Origin: an uncultured bacterium
GTDB taxonomy: Bacteria > Verrucomicrobiota > Verrucomicrobiia > Verrucomicrobiales > DEV007
Assembly: GCA_963977015.1 (NCBI GenBank)
Contig: CAXBMO010000001.1
Coordinates: 288,001-352,000, forward strand
Length of the DNA: 64,000 nt
Direction: 5' to 3'
Below, piece by piece: positions 1-11,795 of the stretch. Position numbers and translations under genes: made by a program. The first letter of the stretch is position 1. Each line of letters begins with the position of its first letter. The notes beneath the pieces are model-generated. The model ran no database searches and was not told the origin of the DNA. It saw only the letters and a list, made by a program, of their open reading frames with translations.

Positions 1-2
1 AT

Positions 3-764
3 CTCGAAAATCGCGCCCGTGAATTGGAGCGCACCAACACGGAACTCCAGCAATTTGCCTATGTCGCTTCGCATGATTTGCAGGAGCCGCTGCGTTCGAT
101 CACCAGTTTCATTCAGATTCTCAATCGCCGATACGGCGAGGAATTCGGGACCGAGGCACAGGAATACATGGGATTTGTCGTCGACGGTGCCAAGCGGATG
201 CAGACGCTGATCAATGAGTTGCTCGACTACTCCCGCGCCGGGAAAGGCGATCGTGAATTTCGTTCGGTGGACCTGAATCAAATCGTGGAAAAGGTCCGCG
301 CGAATTTGCATGCCACGGTTGAAGAGACTGGCGCCGTGATTGAATCACAAGAGTTGCCCACGTTGGGAGCGGATGACCGTCAGATGATTCAACTCTTTCA
401 GAATCTGATCGATAACGGCATCAAGTTTCGGGGAACCGAGCCACCCAAAGTCACGATCGAATGTCAGGACCGGGTCACCCACTGGGAATTCACGATCACC
501 GACAACGGCATTGGGATCGAAGGAAAATACAAGGACCGGATTTTCGTCATCTTTCAGCGCCTTCACATTCGCGACAACTATGACGGGAATGGAATTGGTC
601 TCGCGATCTGCAAAAAAATCGTCGAGCGCCATGGCGGATTCATCTCTCTGGATACTGAATACACGGGAGGAAGTCGCTTCGTCCTGGGGATTGCCAAAAA
701 CCTCGTCGCGGAACAACTCGTATCAGGAACCACCAACGCGTTGGGTGGAACCGCCGTCGTTTAG
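3..764 (+). CDS. Sensor histidine kinase, C-terminal part (HisKA + HATPase, phytochrome-like kinase subfamily); 5' end lies outside the window
   Basis: H-box 'FAYVASHDLQEPLR', N-box 'QLFQNLIDNGIKF', G boxes 'DNGIGI' and 'GNGIGLAICKKIVERHGG'. The frame is open back to the window edge. Confidence 0.93.
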   Translation, partial: LENRARELERTNTELQQFAYVASHDLQEPLRSITSFIQILNRRYGEEFGTEAQEYMGFVVDGAKRMQTLINELLDYSRAGKGDREFRSVDLNQIVEKVRANLHATVEETGAVIESQELPTLGADDRQMIQLFQNLIDNGIKFRGTEPPKVTIECQDRVTHWEFTITDNGIGIEGKYKDRIFVIFQRLHIRDNYDGNGIGLAICKKIVERHGGFISLDTEYTGGSRFVLGIAKNLVAEQLVSGTTNALGGTAVV

Positions 765-2708
765 AAGATCGGCGTGACGTCGGGCGACTCGGAATTTTAC
801 GGCAACGGATTCCGCTTCGTTGAGGATCATCGTTCCCGCTGGATCCTCGCTCTCGGCGCAAGCTTTTGCGAACTCCAGGCGAACGCACTGATCTGGCGCG
901 ATCCGTTTTCGCAACTCAACCGCAAGCCGCCCCATGGTGTATCGCGGATTGATTTCCACGATCGGTTTGAGCGCGAGGGCCTCCTTCCGATCTCGATAAA
1001 CCAGGGCATCAACGCCGATGGGGCCCAGGTAGCCGATGGCTTCCAGCTTTGATTCCAGAAAATCGCGCAGTTCGCGACCATAAAGCGGAAAGGCGAATTG
1101 ACCGAGGAAACGCGCCAATTCTGGCGGCAAAGCCTGGCACGGCTTTGGTCCGCATTGCGCGGCGAGAAACTGGCCCCGCAGATTGTTCTCCAAACGCACG
1201 AAATCGAGCTTCTTCAGCCCCTCGCGCGTCATCTCATACTGCACCGAAAAATCGAAAACGCGCTTGAGGCGGGGCTCAACGATCACACAGCCTTGATGTT
1301 CGATGATCTTCTCGGCCCAACGTCGTGTCGGTTCGCCTTGCCAAACGTGATTGCGCTGGCCCGATGCTCCGAACGGAGCCTTGAGCAACAGCTCGCCGGT
1401 TTTGGGGGCTTCGATCGAATCGGCATCGTCAACGATCTCGCCAATTTGCGCCGGATCGACAAAGGGAAGGGGATGCTGGCGCGCAAAATCCATCGACCAA
1501 GCCACATCGTTTGCCTTCGAATACAGGGTTCGCGTTTTCTCGTTCCAGCATTCCGCGATTCGGCGGGCGTTTTTCGGCAAATTGGGCTCCAGCTCGGCAA
1601 GCAATTCCGCACTTTGCGGGCACCAAGCCCACGGTCGCAACTCAGCAAGTTTCCGTTCCGTCAGCGTCCCGATCGCGTCCCGTTCCACAAATTCCGGTAG
1701 GGTGAATCCGTAACCTTGCAGCCGTTCGCGATGCTCCAGACTCGGCACGCGATTCATGAGGACCACGTCTTCGTGACTCGCGACGAAAGCCGCCAGGATT
1801 TCCAAATCCGCCGCCAGGTTCTCGACCGTCTTTCTCGGATGATACTCCAGCCTGGTCATTGCGTTCTCCGGATCCGGGCAAAACCAGAAAATGCGTGGCG
1901 TCCGCCCTTTCGAGCGCTGAAACAACTGCAATCGCCTCACGAAATCGGCATCGAGGCCCACTTCGAAGCGGCCATCGGTGTTGAATTCGACAGGGCTGTT
2001 TGCCTTGGCGCGACTCGGGCTGAGGGGGAAGTCGAGTTGACGTTCGAAGGCTTCCCAATCTGATTCGTCCTCCTGTTTCCAGTGCCGAAACCACTTCAGC
2101 CCGTAACTCACGTGGCTGATCTCATCGCGGTAAATCTTCTCGAGGATTCGGGCGCTCTTGAGGTCGCCGGAATCGCGGAACACCTTGGCGTAATTGCGCG
2201 AGTAATCCAGATTCGCCTGCTCAAAGGTCAGGCTCAACCGCGACACGTAATCCATCGGCGTCTCCATCGGCGCGACGGCGTTCCAGAAGAAGCCGTTCAC
2301 CGGGTAGTCGCCAAACTCGACTCCGCATTCGGCCATCCGCCGAAGGTACCACGTCGTATGATGCTGTTCTTCCCGCAACGTCTCGTAGACGCCCTCGCGA
2401 AATTCCCTGGGTGCATCTGGAAATTTCAGCAGCACCAGCGCCATCAGTTCCGTTGCCAACAGTTCATGATTGGCGAAAAAGTGGAGCAGAATTCCTCGCT
2501 GGGCTTCGTCTTCCAACGTGTGAAGCCCCGGTAACGGGGGAGGGGAGTCTTTGCGATCAAATCGCAGCGCCTCAGGTCGCTCCGGATGTTCGGGAAGCTT
2601 GATTGCCGGACCGGGCGCCTCGTCGGAAATTGCCGTGCCCGGTCGTGCCAACTTCGCTTCGAGCGAGTCAGCAAACAGGATCGATTCGGCGAATTCGCGC
2701 AATTCCAT
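723..2708 (-). CDS. DUF455-family ferritin-like (diiron) domain fused to a C-terminal ATP-grasp-like domain
   Basis: N-terminal half has 'HFFANHELLATE', 'EEQHH', 'FEQANLD' and 'RDEISHV' (ExxH carboxylate ligands). C-terminal half has 'LLKAPFGASGQ', 'VIVEP', 'GPIGVDALVY' and 'IVEINPRYTMG' (ATP-grasp-type signatures). Confidence 0.8.
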   Translation of the reverse strand: MELREFAESILFADSLEAKLARPGTAISDEAPGPAIKLPEHPERPEALRFDRKDSPPPLPGLHTLEDEAQRGILLHFFANHELLATELMALVLLKFPDAPREFREGVYETLREEQHHTTWYLRRMAECGVEFGDYPVNGFFWNAVAPMETPMDYVSRLSLTFEQANLDYSRNYAKVFRDSGDLKSARILEKIYRDEISHVSYGLKWFRHWKQEDESDWEAFERQLDFPLSPSRAKANSPVEFNTDGRFEVGLDADFVRRLQLFQRSKGRTPRIFWFCPDPENAMTRLEYHPRKTVENLAADLEILAAFVASHEDVVLMNRVPSLEHRERLQGYGFTLPEFVERDAIGTLTERKLAELRPWAWCPQSAELLAELEPNLPKNARRIAECWNEKTRTLYSKANDVAWSMDFARQHPLPFVDPAQIGEIVDDADSIEAPKTGELLLKAPFGASGQRNHVWQGEPTRRWAEKIIEHQGCVIVEPRLKRVFDFSVQYEMTREGLKKLDFVRLENNLRGQFLAAQCGPKPCQALPPELARFLGQFAFPLYGRELRDFLESKLEAIGYLGPIGVDALVYRDRKEALALKPIVEINPRYTMGRLAVELRKRIAPDQCVRLEFAKACAESEDPAGTMILNEAESVAVKFRVARRHADLLNDGGSTQRVGGS

Positions 2709-2835
2709 TCTTGGAACAAACTGCGAAACGCTGAAATCGAAACCTGAAGAACCGAATAATTCGCCCGTGGTCAGTTTGCCTCGAATCTCCTTGTCAAAGC
2801 GAGAATCAAAGTCAGCCTAGATCGGTTCCCTCACC

Positions 2836-4068
2836 ATGTCAGAAGCTGCGTCCTCAGACCGTCCCGATTTCAAAGGACTTTTCATTATGCTCATTGCGAT
2901 TGCCGTTGGCGTCGCTGCTCAATTTGCGGGATTCTCGCTGGTTGCGATGTTTTGTGCCGCGGCGGTTATCTCCATCGTGCTCTGGCAGGTTTGCGACCCA
3001 TTTGCGGAAGCAGCGCAGTGGATTGGCAAGCGCTATCACATTCCGGGTTCGGTGCGAGGAGCGACGCTCGATGCCGTGGCGAGTTCGATGCCGGAACTGT
3101 TCGCCGGGATCTTCTTTGTGGTGGTTGCCCTTCAAGGCGTGGATCCGGAGGCGATGAAGTCCGGCCATCATGGTGCCGGTGCGGAAGGGTATGGATCGGC
3201 GATCGCGACGACGGCGGGCAGCGCGATTTACAACATGATTCTGATTCCGGCCTGCGTGGCGCTGGTGGTTGCCGTAAAACGTCCCAAGAATCCCATCGTT
3301 ACGGTGGAAAAGGAGGTGCTCCATCGGGACGGTATCTGGTTCATGGTCTGTGAGTTGGTGCTGTTGGTGTTTCTGTGGCAGCCGGTCATGTATTGGTGGA
3401 TGGGCGTCGTGTTCCTGGGGCTGTACGTGATCTACCTGGTTTGGCTCTGGCGTGATGCCGGGCGATTTAGGGCGGAAAAGAAGGAATCCAGCGAGGTTGA
3501 GGATTGGTCGGATTTACCGGAGAAGGCGAGCATCCTCTTTAACTTCGGGCACGTGCCGCTGAACCGAATTACGGTGTGGCTTGTGATTGGAACTTCGACG
3601 GTTCTGGCGGCAGCTGCGTGCTATTTTCTGGTCGAGGTGACTGTGGAGACGGCTGTGCTCCTGAAGATCCCGACCTTTTTTGTTGCCGTGATTCTCGCGG
3701 CCGCGGTTTCCAGCGTTCCTGACACGTTTCTGTCCATTGGAGCGGCGTCTCGCGGCGATGATTCGGGAGCGGTGTCGAACGCCTTTGGCTCCAACATTTT
3801 CGACATCTGCATCTGCATGTCGATCCCCCTGTTCGTCTATTCGTGGATCGATGGATGGAAGCCGGTTTCGATGCTTGGCGCCGACGGGGAGCCAATCCCG
3901 GGGATTCTCGGGCTACGGATTTTGCTCTGGGTGCTGACCTTCCTGACCCTCGTCATTATGTGGCACAAACGTTCCCTCAGCCGAGGCAAGGCGATCGTGT
4001 TGATCGGCCTCTATCTCCTGTTTGTGGCGTATGCCGTGCTGGGTTCGCTTGGGGTGATCAACGTTTAG
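2836..4068 (+). CDS. Na+/Ca2+ (CaCA family) cation antiporter
   Basis: Many TM helices and two alpha-repeats: 'GATLDAVASSMPEL...GSAIYN' and 'AAAVSSVPDT...NAFGSNIFDI'. Confidence 0.88.
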   Translation: MSEAASSDRPDFKGLFIMLIAIAVGVAAQFAGFSLVAMFCAAAVISIVLWQVCDPFAEAAQWIGKRYHIPGSVRGATLDAVASSMPELFAGIFFVVVALQGVDPEAMKSGHHGAGAEGYGSAIATTAGSAIYNMILIPACVALVVAVKRPKNPIVTVEKEVLHRDGIWFMVCELVLLVFLWQPVMYWWMGVVFLGLYVIYLVWLWRDAGRFRAEKKESSEVEDWSDLPEKASILFNFGHVPLNRITVWLVIGTSTVLAAAACYFLVEVTVETAVLLKIPTFFVAVILAAAVSSVPDTFLSIGAASRGDDSGAVSNAFGSNIFDICICMSIPLFVYSWIDGWKPVSMLGADGEPIPGILGLRILLWVLTFLTLVIMWHKRSLSRGKAIVLIGLYLLFVAYAVLGSLGVINV

Positions 4069-4177
4069 GCTCCCTTCACTTTTTGATAAACAGAAGCTTG
4101 ACGATCGGTCGCGTTTCATCGTTGAATTGGCCTCCCTCCCAAGACCAAGAACCCAAGATCCCCTCTTTGGATTCCTG

Positions 4178-4810
4178 ATGAACCTTCAACACATTCTCCT
4201 CTCCGGAGTTCTGGCGCTGCTGTTGTGTAGCTGCTCGACCCGTTCCGATCTCACCGCGTTTCCAATCAAGGAACCGCAGGAAGGGATGGAAAAACATTGC
4301 TACGTCATCAAGACGACGGCTTACACCCACGAGGAAGCTGACAGCAAACCTTACGGAACCAAGACGGCGTTGGGAACCACGTTGAAGCACGAGGGGGAAG
4401 TCCGTAGTGCCGCGGCAGATTGGAGCCGATATCCGGTTGGAACCAAATTCAAGATTGTGGGACAATCGCAGATTTACGAGGTGGACGATTATGGGAGCGC
4501 CTTGGTGGGGACGGACACGATCGATATCTACCAACCGACAATGGCGGATATGCGTCGATGGGGCGCCCCGTTCGTGGGAATCGAGGTTCTGGAGTGGGGA
4601 TCCTTCCTCAAGAGCGCCGAAATTCTGGAAGGCCGGATCAACAAGGCGGAACACTGCCGGGAGATGTTTGAGCAAATCCAGGAGAAAGTGGAACTGTTGC
4701 CAGTCGAAATGCACGACGGTTTCCCTGCTTCGGAAGAGCAGAAAGATCTGGAGGAGCGCCAGCGGATTTCCCAGAGCCGGGTTCCGATCCTTGAATCCGA
4801 CAAGGTATGA
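4178..4810 (+). CDS. 3D-domain lipoprotein (MltA-like lytic transglycosylase fold)
   Basis: Lipobox-like 'LLLCSC'; 3D-domain motifs 'TTAYT', 'AAADWSRYPVGTK' and 'VDDYGSALVGTDTIDIY'. ATG at 4178 preferred over the upstream TTG. Confidence 0.8.
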   Translation: MNLQHILLSGVLALLLCSCSTRSDLTAFPIKEPQEGMEKHCYVIKTTAYTHEEADSKPYGTKTALGTTLKHEGEVRSAAADWSRYPVGTKFKIVGQSQIYEVDDYGSALVGTDTIDIYQPTMADMRRWGAPFVGIEVLEWGSFLKSAEILEGRINKAEHCREMFEQIQEKVELLPVEMHDGFPASEEQKDLEERQRISQSRVPILESDKV

Positions 4811-4848
4811 TTTCTTGACGATCGCCCAATCTGCATGGGAGGTGGGGC

Positions 4849-5499
4849 GTGACCAAAACGGAACGCGCCGCTTATATCGGAACTCGCTTGGAGGAGCTTT
4901 ATCCTGAGACTCCGATCCCCTTGGATCATCGCGATCCCTACACTCTGCTCATCGCCGTTTTGCTTTCAGCACAGTGCACGGATGAGCGGGTCAACAAGAT
5001 CACTCCGTTGCTTTGGGTGGCTGCCGATTCGCCGACTGCGATGCAAAAACTGAGTGTTGAGCAGATCGAAGACATCGTTCGCCCATGCGGACTGGCTCCG
5101 CGCAAGGCCAAGGCCATTTTTGATCTTTCCGGCCTTCTCCTCGATTTGCACGGCGGCGAAGTTCCCGCGGATATGGATGCTCTGGAAGCGCTTCCCGGGG
5201 TTGGGCACAAAACGGCGTCGGTCGTCATGGCCCAGGCGTTCGGGGTTCCGGCGTTTCCGGTGGATACCCACATCCATCGACTTGCTCAGCGCTGGAAATT
5301 GACCAACGGCAGGAACGTGGAGCAGACGGAACGTGATTTGAAGCGCTTGTTCCCGCGAGAACGATGGAACAAACTTCACCTGCAGATCATTTTCTATGGC
5401 CGTGAGCATTGCTCGGCCCGGGGATGCGATGGAACCGTCTGCGAGATTTGCCGCCACTGTTTTCCCGAGCGAAAGCGCCCAGTCAAGACGCTGAAATAG
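4849..5499 (+). CDS. nth: Endonuclease III
   Basis: 'LIAVLLSAQCTD', HhH motif 'LPGVGHKTA', 'PVDTHIHR', and a C-terminal Cys cluster for [4Fe-4S]. Confidence 0.95.
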   Translation: MTKTERAAYIGTRLEELYPETPIPLDHRDPYTLLIAVLLSAQCTDERVNKITPLLWVAADSPTAMQKLSVEQIEDIVRPCGLAPRKAKAIFDLSGLLLDLHGGEVPADMDALEALPGVGHKTASVVMAQAFGVPAFPVDTHIHRLAQRWKLTNGRNVEQTERDLKRLFPRERWNKLHLQIIFYGREHCSARGCDGTVCEICRHCFPERKRPVKTLK

Positions 5500-5537
5500 G
5501 CAGACAATTGGAAGGCTTTTCCTAACACTGGCCCGAC

Positions 5538-5557
5538 TTTGTGAAAAATTTCACAAA
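5538..5557. promoter_or_regulatory. Palindromic operator TTTGTGAA-AAAT-TTCACAAA upstream of the atp operon (matches the Rex consensus; also contains the CRP-type TGTGA-N6-TCACA)
   Basis: Perfect 8-bp inverted arms in the nth-atpB intergenic region, just upstream of a candidate TTGCTT-N16-TATCAA promoter (5564-5591). Confidence 0.7.
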
Positions 5558-5642
5558 ATCCCGTTGCTTGTTTTTGGCGGCGGGGTATCAAGTCTCCAAA
5601 CCTGTTCAAACCCACGTTCCGACCACGAATCTTTCCTGTTAG

Positions 5643-6488
5643 ATGCCCACTTTAGCATCCATGGACCTTGCGCCCCTAGTTGCCCTGTCAGTTGAAGCTG
5701 AGAAACTCCCGTTTGGAGAGTGGCTCACCAACTCTATTTTTGTGGCGGCGCTCGTCACTGGGATTGTTTGGTTCTTCGCCAGCAAGGCGACGAAGAACAT
5801 GCAGATGGTGCCCCATGCTGCTCAAAACGCCTTTGAGTTGGTGGTAGAGTTTCTGTATGGCCAGGTTGAGGGGATCGTCGGACACAAGGTTGCCCCGAGG
5901 GCCTTTCCGTTGCTTGCAACGCTCTTTATCTTCATCCTGATTGCCAACTGGTTCGGTCTGATGCCCGGGGTTGGCACAATCGGGTGGGGGCATGGCACAG
6001 CTCCGCTCACCTTGGAGCATGTTGATACACCGCTTCTTCGTCCCGCGACCGCCGATCTGAATATGACCTTGGGCATGGCTGCCTGTTTCATGTTGGTTTG
6101 GGCCTATTTGACCGTCCGTGAGATCGGCGTGATGGGCTTCATTAAGCACACGTTCGCTCCAAAGGGGGGGCTTAAGGGTGCCATGTATTATGGGTTGCTG
6201 CCCATCTTCATTTTCGTCGGGCTGATCGAAATCATTTCAATCGCGTTTCGTCCGGTTTCTCTTTCGCTCCGACTTTTCGGTAACCTCTATGCCGGTGAGA
6301 CGCTGCTTCATACCATGAGCGGTCTTGGTGACAAGTTGCCACCGTTCGCGGCTTTCCTTTGCAGTGTCGCGTTTCCGCTTCCGTTCTACTTTCTTGAGCT
6401 TCTTGTCGGTTTGTTGCAGGCGATGGTCTTTACCTTGCTTTGCGCTGTCTATATCCAGCTTTCAACCAGTCACGACGAGGATCATTAA
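5643..6488 (+). CDS. atpB: F0F1 ATP synthase subunit a
   Basis: 'RPATADLN' and 'SLSLRLFGN' (conserved Arg), 'LLQAMVFTLL'; first gene of the operon. Confidence 0.96.
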   Translation: MPTLASMDLAPLVALSVEAEKLPFGEWLTNSIFVAALVTGIVWFFASKATKNMQMVPHAAQNAFELVVEFLYGQVEGIVGHKVAPRAFPLLATLFIFILIANWFGLMPGVGTIGWGHGTAPLTLEHVDTPLLRPATADLNMTLGMAACFMLVWAYLTVREIGVMGFIKHTFAPKGGLKGAMYYGLLPIFIFVGLIEIISIAFRPVSLSLRLFGNLYAGETLLHTMSGLGDKLPPFAAFLCSVAFPLPFYFLELLVGLLQAMVFTLLCAVYIQLSTSHDEDH

Positions 6489-6574
6489 CGATTAAAGATT
6501 TCCCGTCGTGACCATGCAAAGACAGTGGGCGGCGGTAAAAAGACAACACAACCTACACAAAAGGAAATAAGACA

Positions 6575-6829
6575 ATGTTCATGGACGTATTACCTATGGT
6601 AGCTGCAGAAGCAGCGGCAGCCGGTGGCGGAATCAGTGGTAGCTTCACTCTCGGTATTGCCGGTGGTGCAGCAGCTATTGGAGTTGGAATGGTGGGAGCA
6701 AAGGCGGCGGAAGCGGTCGGACGCAACCCCACTGCTTTCGGTAGTATCCTGACCATCGGGATTATCGGAATGGCACTTGCTGAGGCTATCGCGATTTACG
6801 CGCTGATTCTTGCATTCCAAGGCCGCTAA
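6575..6829 (+). CDS. atpE: F0F1 ATP synthase subunit c
   Basis: Hydrophobic hairpin with the 'GRNP' loop and 'ALAEAIAIY' (ion-binding Glu). Confidence 0.96.
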   Translation: MFMDVLPMVAAEAAAAGGGISGSFTLGIAGGAAAIGVGMVGAKAAEAVGRNPTAFGSILTIGIIGMALAEAIAIYALILAFQGR

Positions 6830-6840
6830 AAAATGATTCT

Positions 6841-6869
6841 TGCGGCGGGGAGTTCATCTCCCCGTCGCA
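6841..6869 (+). promoter_or_regulatory. Intra-operonic stem-loop after atpE (mRNA stability or partial termination)
   Basis: TGCGGCGGGGAG-TTCAT-CTCCCCGTCGCA, a 12-bp stem with one G-U pair, followed by a pyrimidine/T-rich tract. Confidence 0.55.
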
Positions 6870-6901
6870 CCTTTCTTACTTTTTGACTCTATCCTTCGAA
6901 A

Positions 6902-7411
6902 ATGGAAACTTTCACTGAAATCGCTCAACAGTTTGGTCTGAACTGGGCCAAGTTCTTTGCGCAAATTATCATTTTCGGAGTCGTTTTCACGGTTTTGCGG
7001 GCAAAGGCGTTTGGCCCGATTATGGGAATGTTGGAGCAACGTCGGCAACGAATTGCTGACGGCGAGGCGGCTCTGGCGAAGATCAAGGAGGATCAGGAGC
7101 AGGCTGAGGCGAAGGCTCAGGCCAAGATTGATGAGGCAAATGTTGAAGCCGATCGCTTGATTGAAGAAGCTCGGGAAAGTGGAGATGCGCTTCGCGAGAA
7201 GAAGACCCAGGAGGCGACGCTGGAAGCCGGTAACATCATCGCCAAGGCGAAAGAGGCTTCCCAACTTGAGCGCGAACAGGCGCTGTCCATGCTGAAAAAG
7301 GATTTCGGACGTTTGGTGGTCGATACCACCTCTAAAGTAACCGGGAAAGTCCTCAATAAGGACGACCAAGACAAGATTAACCAGGAAACGGCTGGTCAGA
7401 TCGCCTTGTAA
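6902..7411 (+). CDS. atpF: F0F1 ATP synthase subunit b
   Basis: N-terminal TM, then 'PIMGMLEQRRQRI' and an Ala/Glu/Lys-rich coiled coil; operon position. Confidence 0.95.
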   Translation: METFTEIAQQFGLNWAKFFAQIIIFGVVFTVLRAKAFGPIMGMLEQRRQRIADGEAALAKIKEDQEQAEAKAQAKIDEANVEADRLIEEARESGDALREKKTQEATLEAGNIIAKAKEASQLEREQALSMLKKDFGRLVVDTTSKVTGKVLNKDDQDKINQETAGQIAL

Positions 7412-7434
7412 TTTTTGTCCGTTTTTTCTGAATC

Positions 7435-7830
7435 ATGAAAGTTAGCAAGATCGCTCTCAGAACCGCCCGGCAATTGCTCAATGCAACAGTCGTCAATGGC
7501 GCGATCGATAGCGAGCGTGCCAAGGCTTTCGTGAAAAAGGTTGGCGAGAAAAAGCCCCGTGGCTATCTCCAGGTCTTGACTGCCTATGAGAACCTCGTTC
7601 GCCTCGAACTCGATAAACGTCACGCGACGGTCGAAAGTGCTTCCGAACTCGGGGCCGATCTCCAGTCGAGCGTGATGGCGGATCTCCGAAAAAAATACGG
7701 CAAAGATCTGACCTTTGATTTTCAAACCAATCCCGACCTGCTGGGCGGGATGCGAGTGAAAGTAGGAAGCGACGTTTGGGACGGTAGCGTTCGCGCTCGC
7801 CTTCAACAACTCGAAGACACATTTAGTTAA
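7435..7830 (+). CDS. atpH: F0F1 ATP synthase subunit delta (short form)
   Basis: C-terminal OSCP motif 'NPDLLGGMRVKVGSDVWDGSVRARL'; operon position. Confidence 0.92.
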   Translation: MKVSKIALRTARQLLNATVVNGAIDSERAKAFVKKVGEKKPRGYLQVLTAYENLVRLELDKRHATVESASELGADLQSSVMADLRKKYGKDLTFDFQTNPDLLGGMRVKVGSDVWDGSVRARLQQLEDTFS

Positions 7831-7842
7831 ACCAACGTAGAA

Positions 7843-9375
7843 ATGAGTAATCTCCTCCAGGAACTGGAATCTGAAATCGCGGGTCTGAAGACCTCGGTTA
7901 CCAAGTCAAATGTGGGCGTCGTCCGCGAGATTGGTGATGGTGTCGCCAAGGTCGAAGGTCTGAGCGACGTGATGCTGAACGAGATGATTGAGTTTCCCGG
8001 TGGACTCTACGGGTTGGCGCTCAACCTCGAGGAAACTGAGGTTGGCTGTATTCTTCTCGGTGACGGACTGGATGTGAAAGAGGGAGACGAAGTCAAGACG
8101 ACTGGTCGCCTTCTGTCCGTTCCTGTCGGAAAGCAGCTTCTCGGTCGCGTCGTTGATGCCCTGGGTCAGCCTCTTGATGGAAAAGGTGATATTTCAGGCG
8201 AGACAACGTATCCTGTTGAGAAAATCGCTCCTGGTATTCTGCCCCGTCAGTCGGTGAGCGTTCCTTTGCAGACCGGAATTCTTCCAATCGATGCCATGGT
8301 TCCAATCGGGCGTGGCCAGCGGGAATTGATCATTGGTGACCGCTCCACCGGCAAGACCACGATCGCAATTGATACGATTATTGCCCAGGCGAATCAGAAC
8401 AAAGCCGCCGAAAAAGGGGAGCTGAAGGGGCACAAGCCAGTCTACTGTATCTATGTGGTGATCGGTCAGAAGCGAGCCAACGTCGCACGAACGATCGCAA
8501 CCTTGGAAGAGGCTGGCGCGATGGACTACACCATCGTGGTTTCCGCTACCGCTTCAGATCCGGCTACCAATCAGTATCTCGCTCCCTACGCAGGGTGCGC
8601 CATGGGTGAGTGGTTCATGGATCAGGGATTGGATGCCTTGATCGTTTATGATGATCTTTCCAAGCACGCAGTTGCCTATCGTCAGGTTTCCCTGGTTCTT
8701 CGCCGCCCATCCGGTCGTGAAGCGTATCCTGGTGACGTTTTCTACCTGCATAGCCGTCTCTTGGAGCGTTCTGCCCGATTGAGCGAGGCTAACGGAGGAG
8801 GTTCGTTGACGGCGTTGCCGATCATTGAAACCCAGGCTGGTGACGTTTCGGCCTACATTCCAACGAACGTGATTTCGATTACGGACGGACAGATTTTCCT
8901 GGAAACCGACCTGTTCTATCAGGGCATCCGGCCCGCCATCTCAGTTGGTCTCTCCGTGAGCCGGGTTGGTTCGGCCGCACAGACCAAAGCGGTGAAGAAA
9001 GTTTCTGGAACGACCAAGTTGGACTTGGCGCAGTTTCGTGAATTGCAGGCATTCGCCCAGTTTGGTTCCGACCTTGACGAGGCGACCAAGGCGACCATTG
9101 AACGTGGTCAGCGGATTGTGGAGATGTTCAAGCAGGGACAATACAAGCCGTTCCCAATGGAGCTCGAAGTCGTTCTCCTCTGGTCGATGCAAAATGGCGG
9201 CTTTGATGATGTTGAAGTCGACCGCGTGAAAGAATGCCAGATTGCGTTTGAAGAGTATCTCACCAGCCGCAAGACCGAATTGCTTGCACTGATCCGAGAA
9301 GAGAAGGCGATTACTGACGATGGCAGCAAAGGCCTCAAAGAAGCGATCTCCGACTTCAAGAAGACTTGGAAGTAA
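7843..9375 (+). CDS. atpA: F0F1 ATP synthase subunit alpha
   Basis: '[17 protein letters not shown]' and '[23 protein letters not shown]'. Confidence 0.98.
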   Translation: MSNLLQELESEIAGLKTSVTKSNVGVVREIGDGVAKVEGLSDVMLNEMIEFPGGLYGLALNLEETEVGCILLGDGLDVKEGDEVKTTGRLLSVPVGKQLLGRVVDALGQPLDGKGDISGETTYPVEKIAPGILPRQSVSVPLQTGILPIDAMVPIGRGQRELIIGDRSTGKTTIAIDTIIAQANQNKAAEKGELKGHKPVYCIYVVIGQKRANVARTIATLEEAGAMDYTIVVSATASDPATNQYLAPYAGCAMGEWFMDQGLDALIVYDDLSKHAVAYRQVSLVLRRPSGREAYPGDVFYLHSRLLERSARLSEANGGGSLTALPIIETQAGDVSAYIPTNVISITDGQIFLETDLFYQGIRPAISVGLSVSRVGSAAQTKAVKKVSGTTKLDLAQFRELQAFAQFGSDLDEATKATIERGQRIVEMFKQGQYKPFPMELEVVLLWSMQNGGFDDVEVDRVKECQIAFEEYLTSRKTELLALIREEKAITDDGSKGLKEAISDFKKTWK

Positions 9376-9418
9376 CTCTTTCTCCTCGATAGCCTCACCG
9401 CTCACCCCGAACTAAAAA

Positions 9419-11772
<2,354 letters not shown>

Positions 11773-11795
11773 TTTAGCTCCAAACCAACTGGCCA

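Noticed and set aside
723-764. 42-bp 3' overlap of the convergent kinase and DUF455 genes
   Set aside because: Short convergent overlaps recur in this compact window (20096-20104, 29794-29797, 44438-44441) and involve non-conserved tails.
4097-4824. 11-bp direct repeat CTTGACGATCG at 4097 and 4814 flanking the 3D-domain gene
   Set aside because: It is too short, and no mobility gene is present. It could be chance or two similar -35 boxes.
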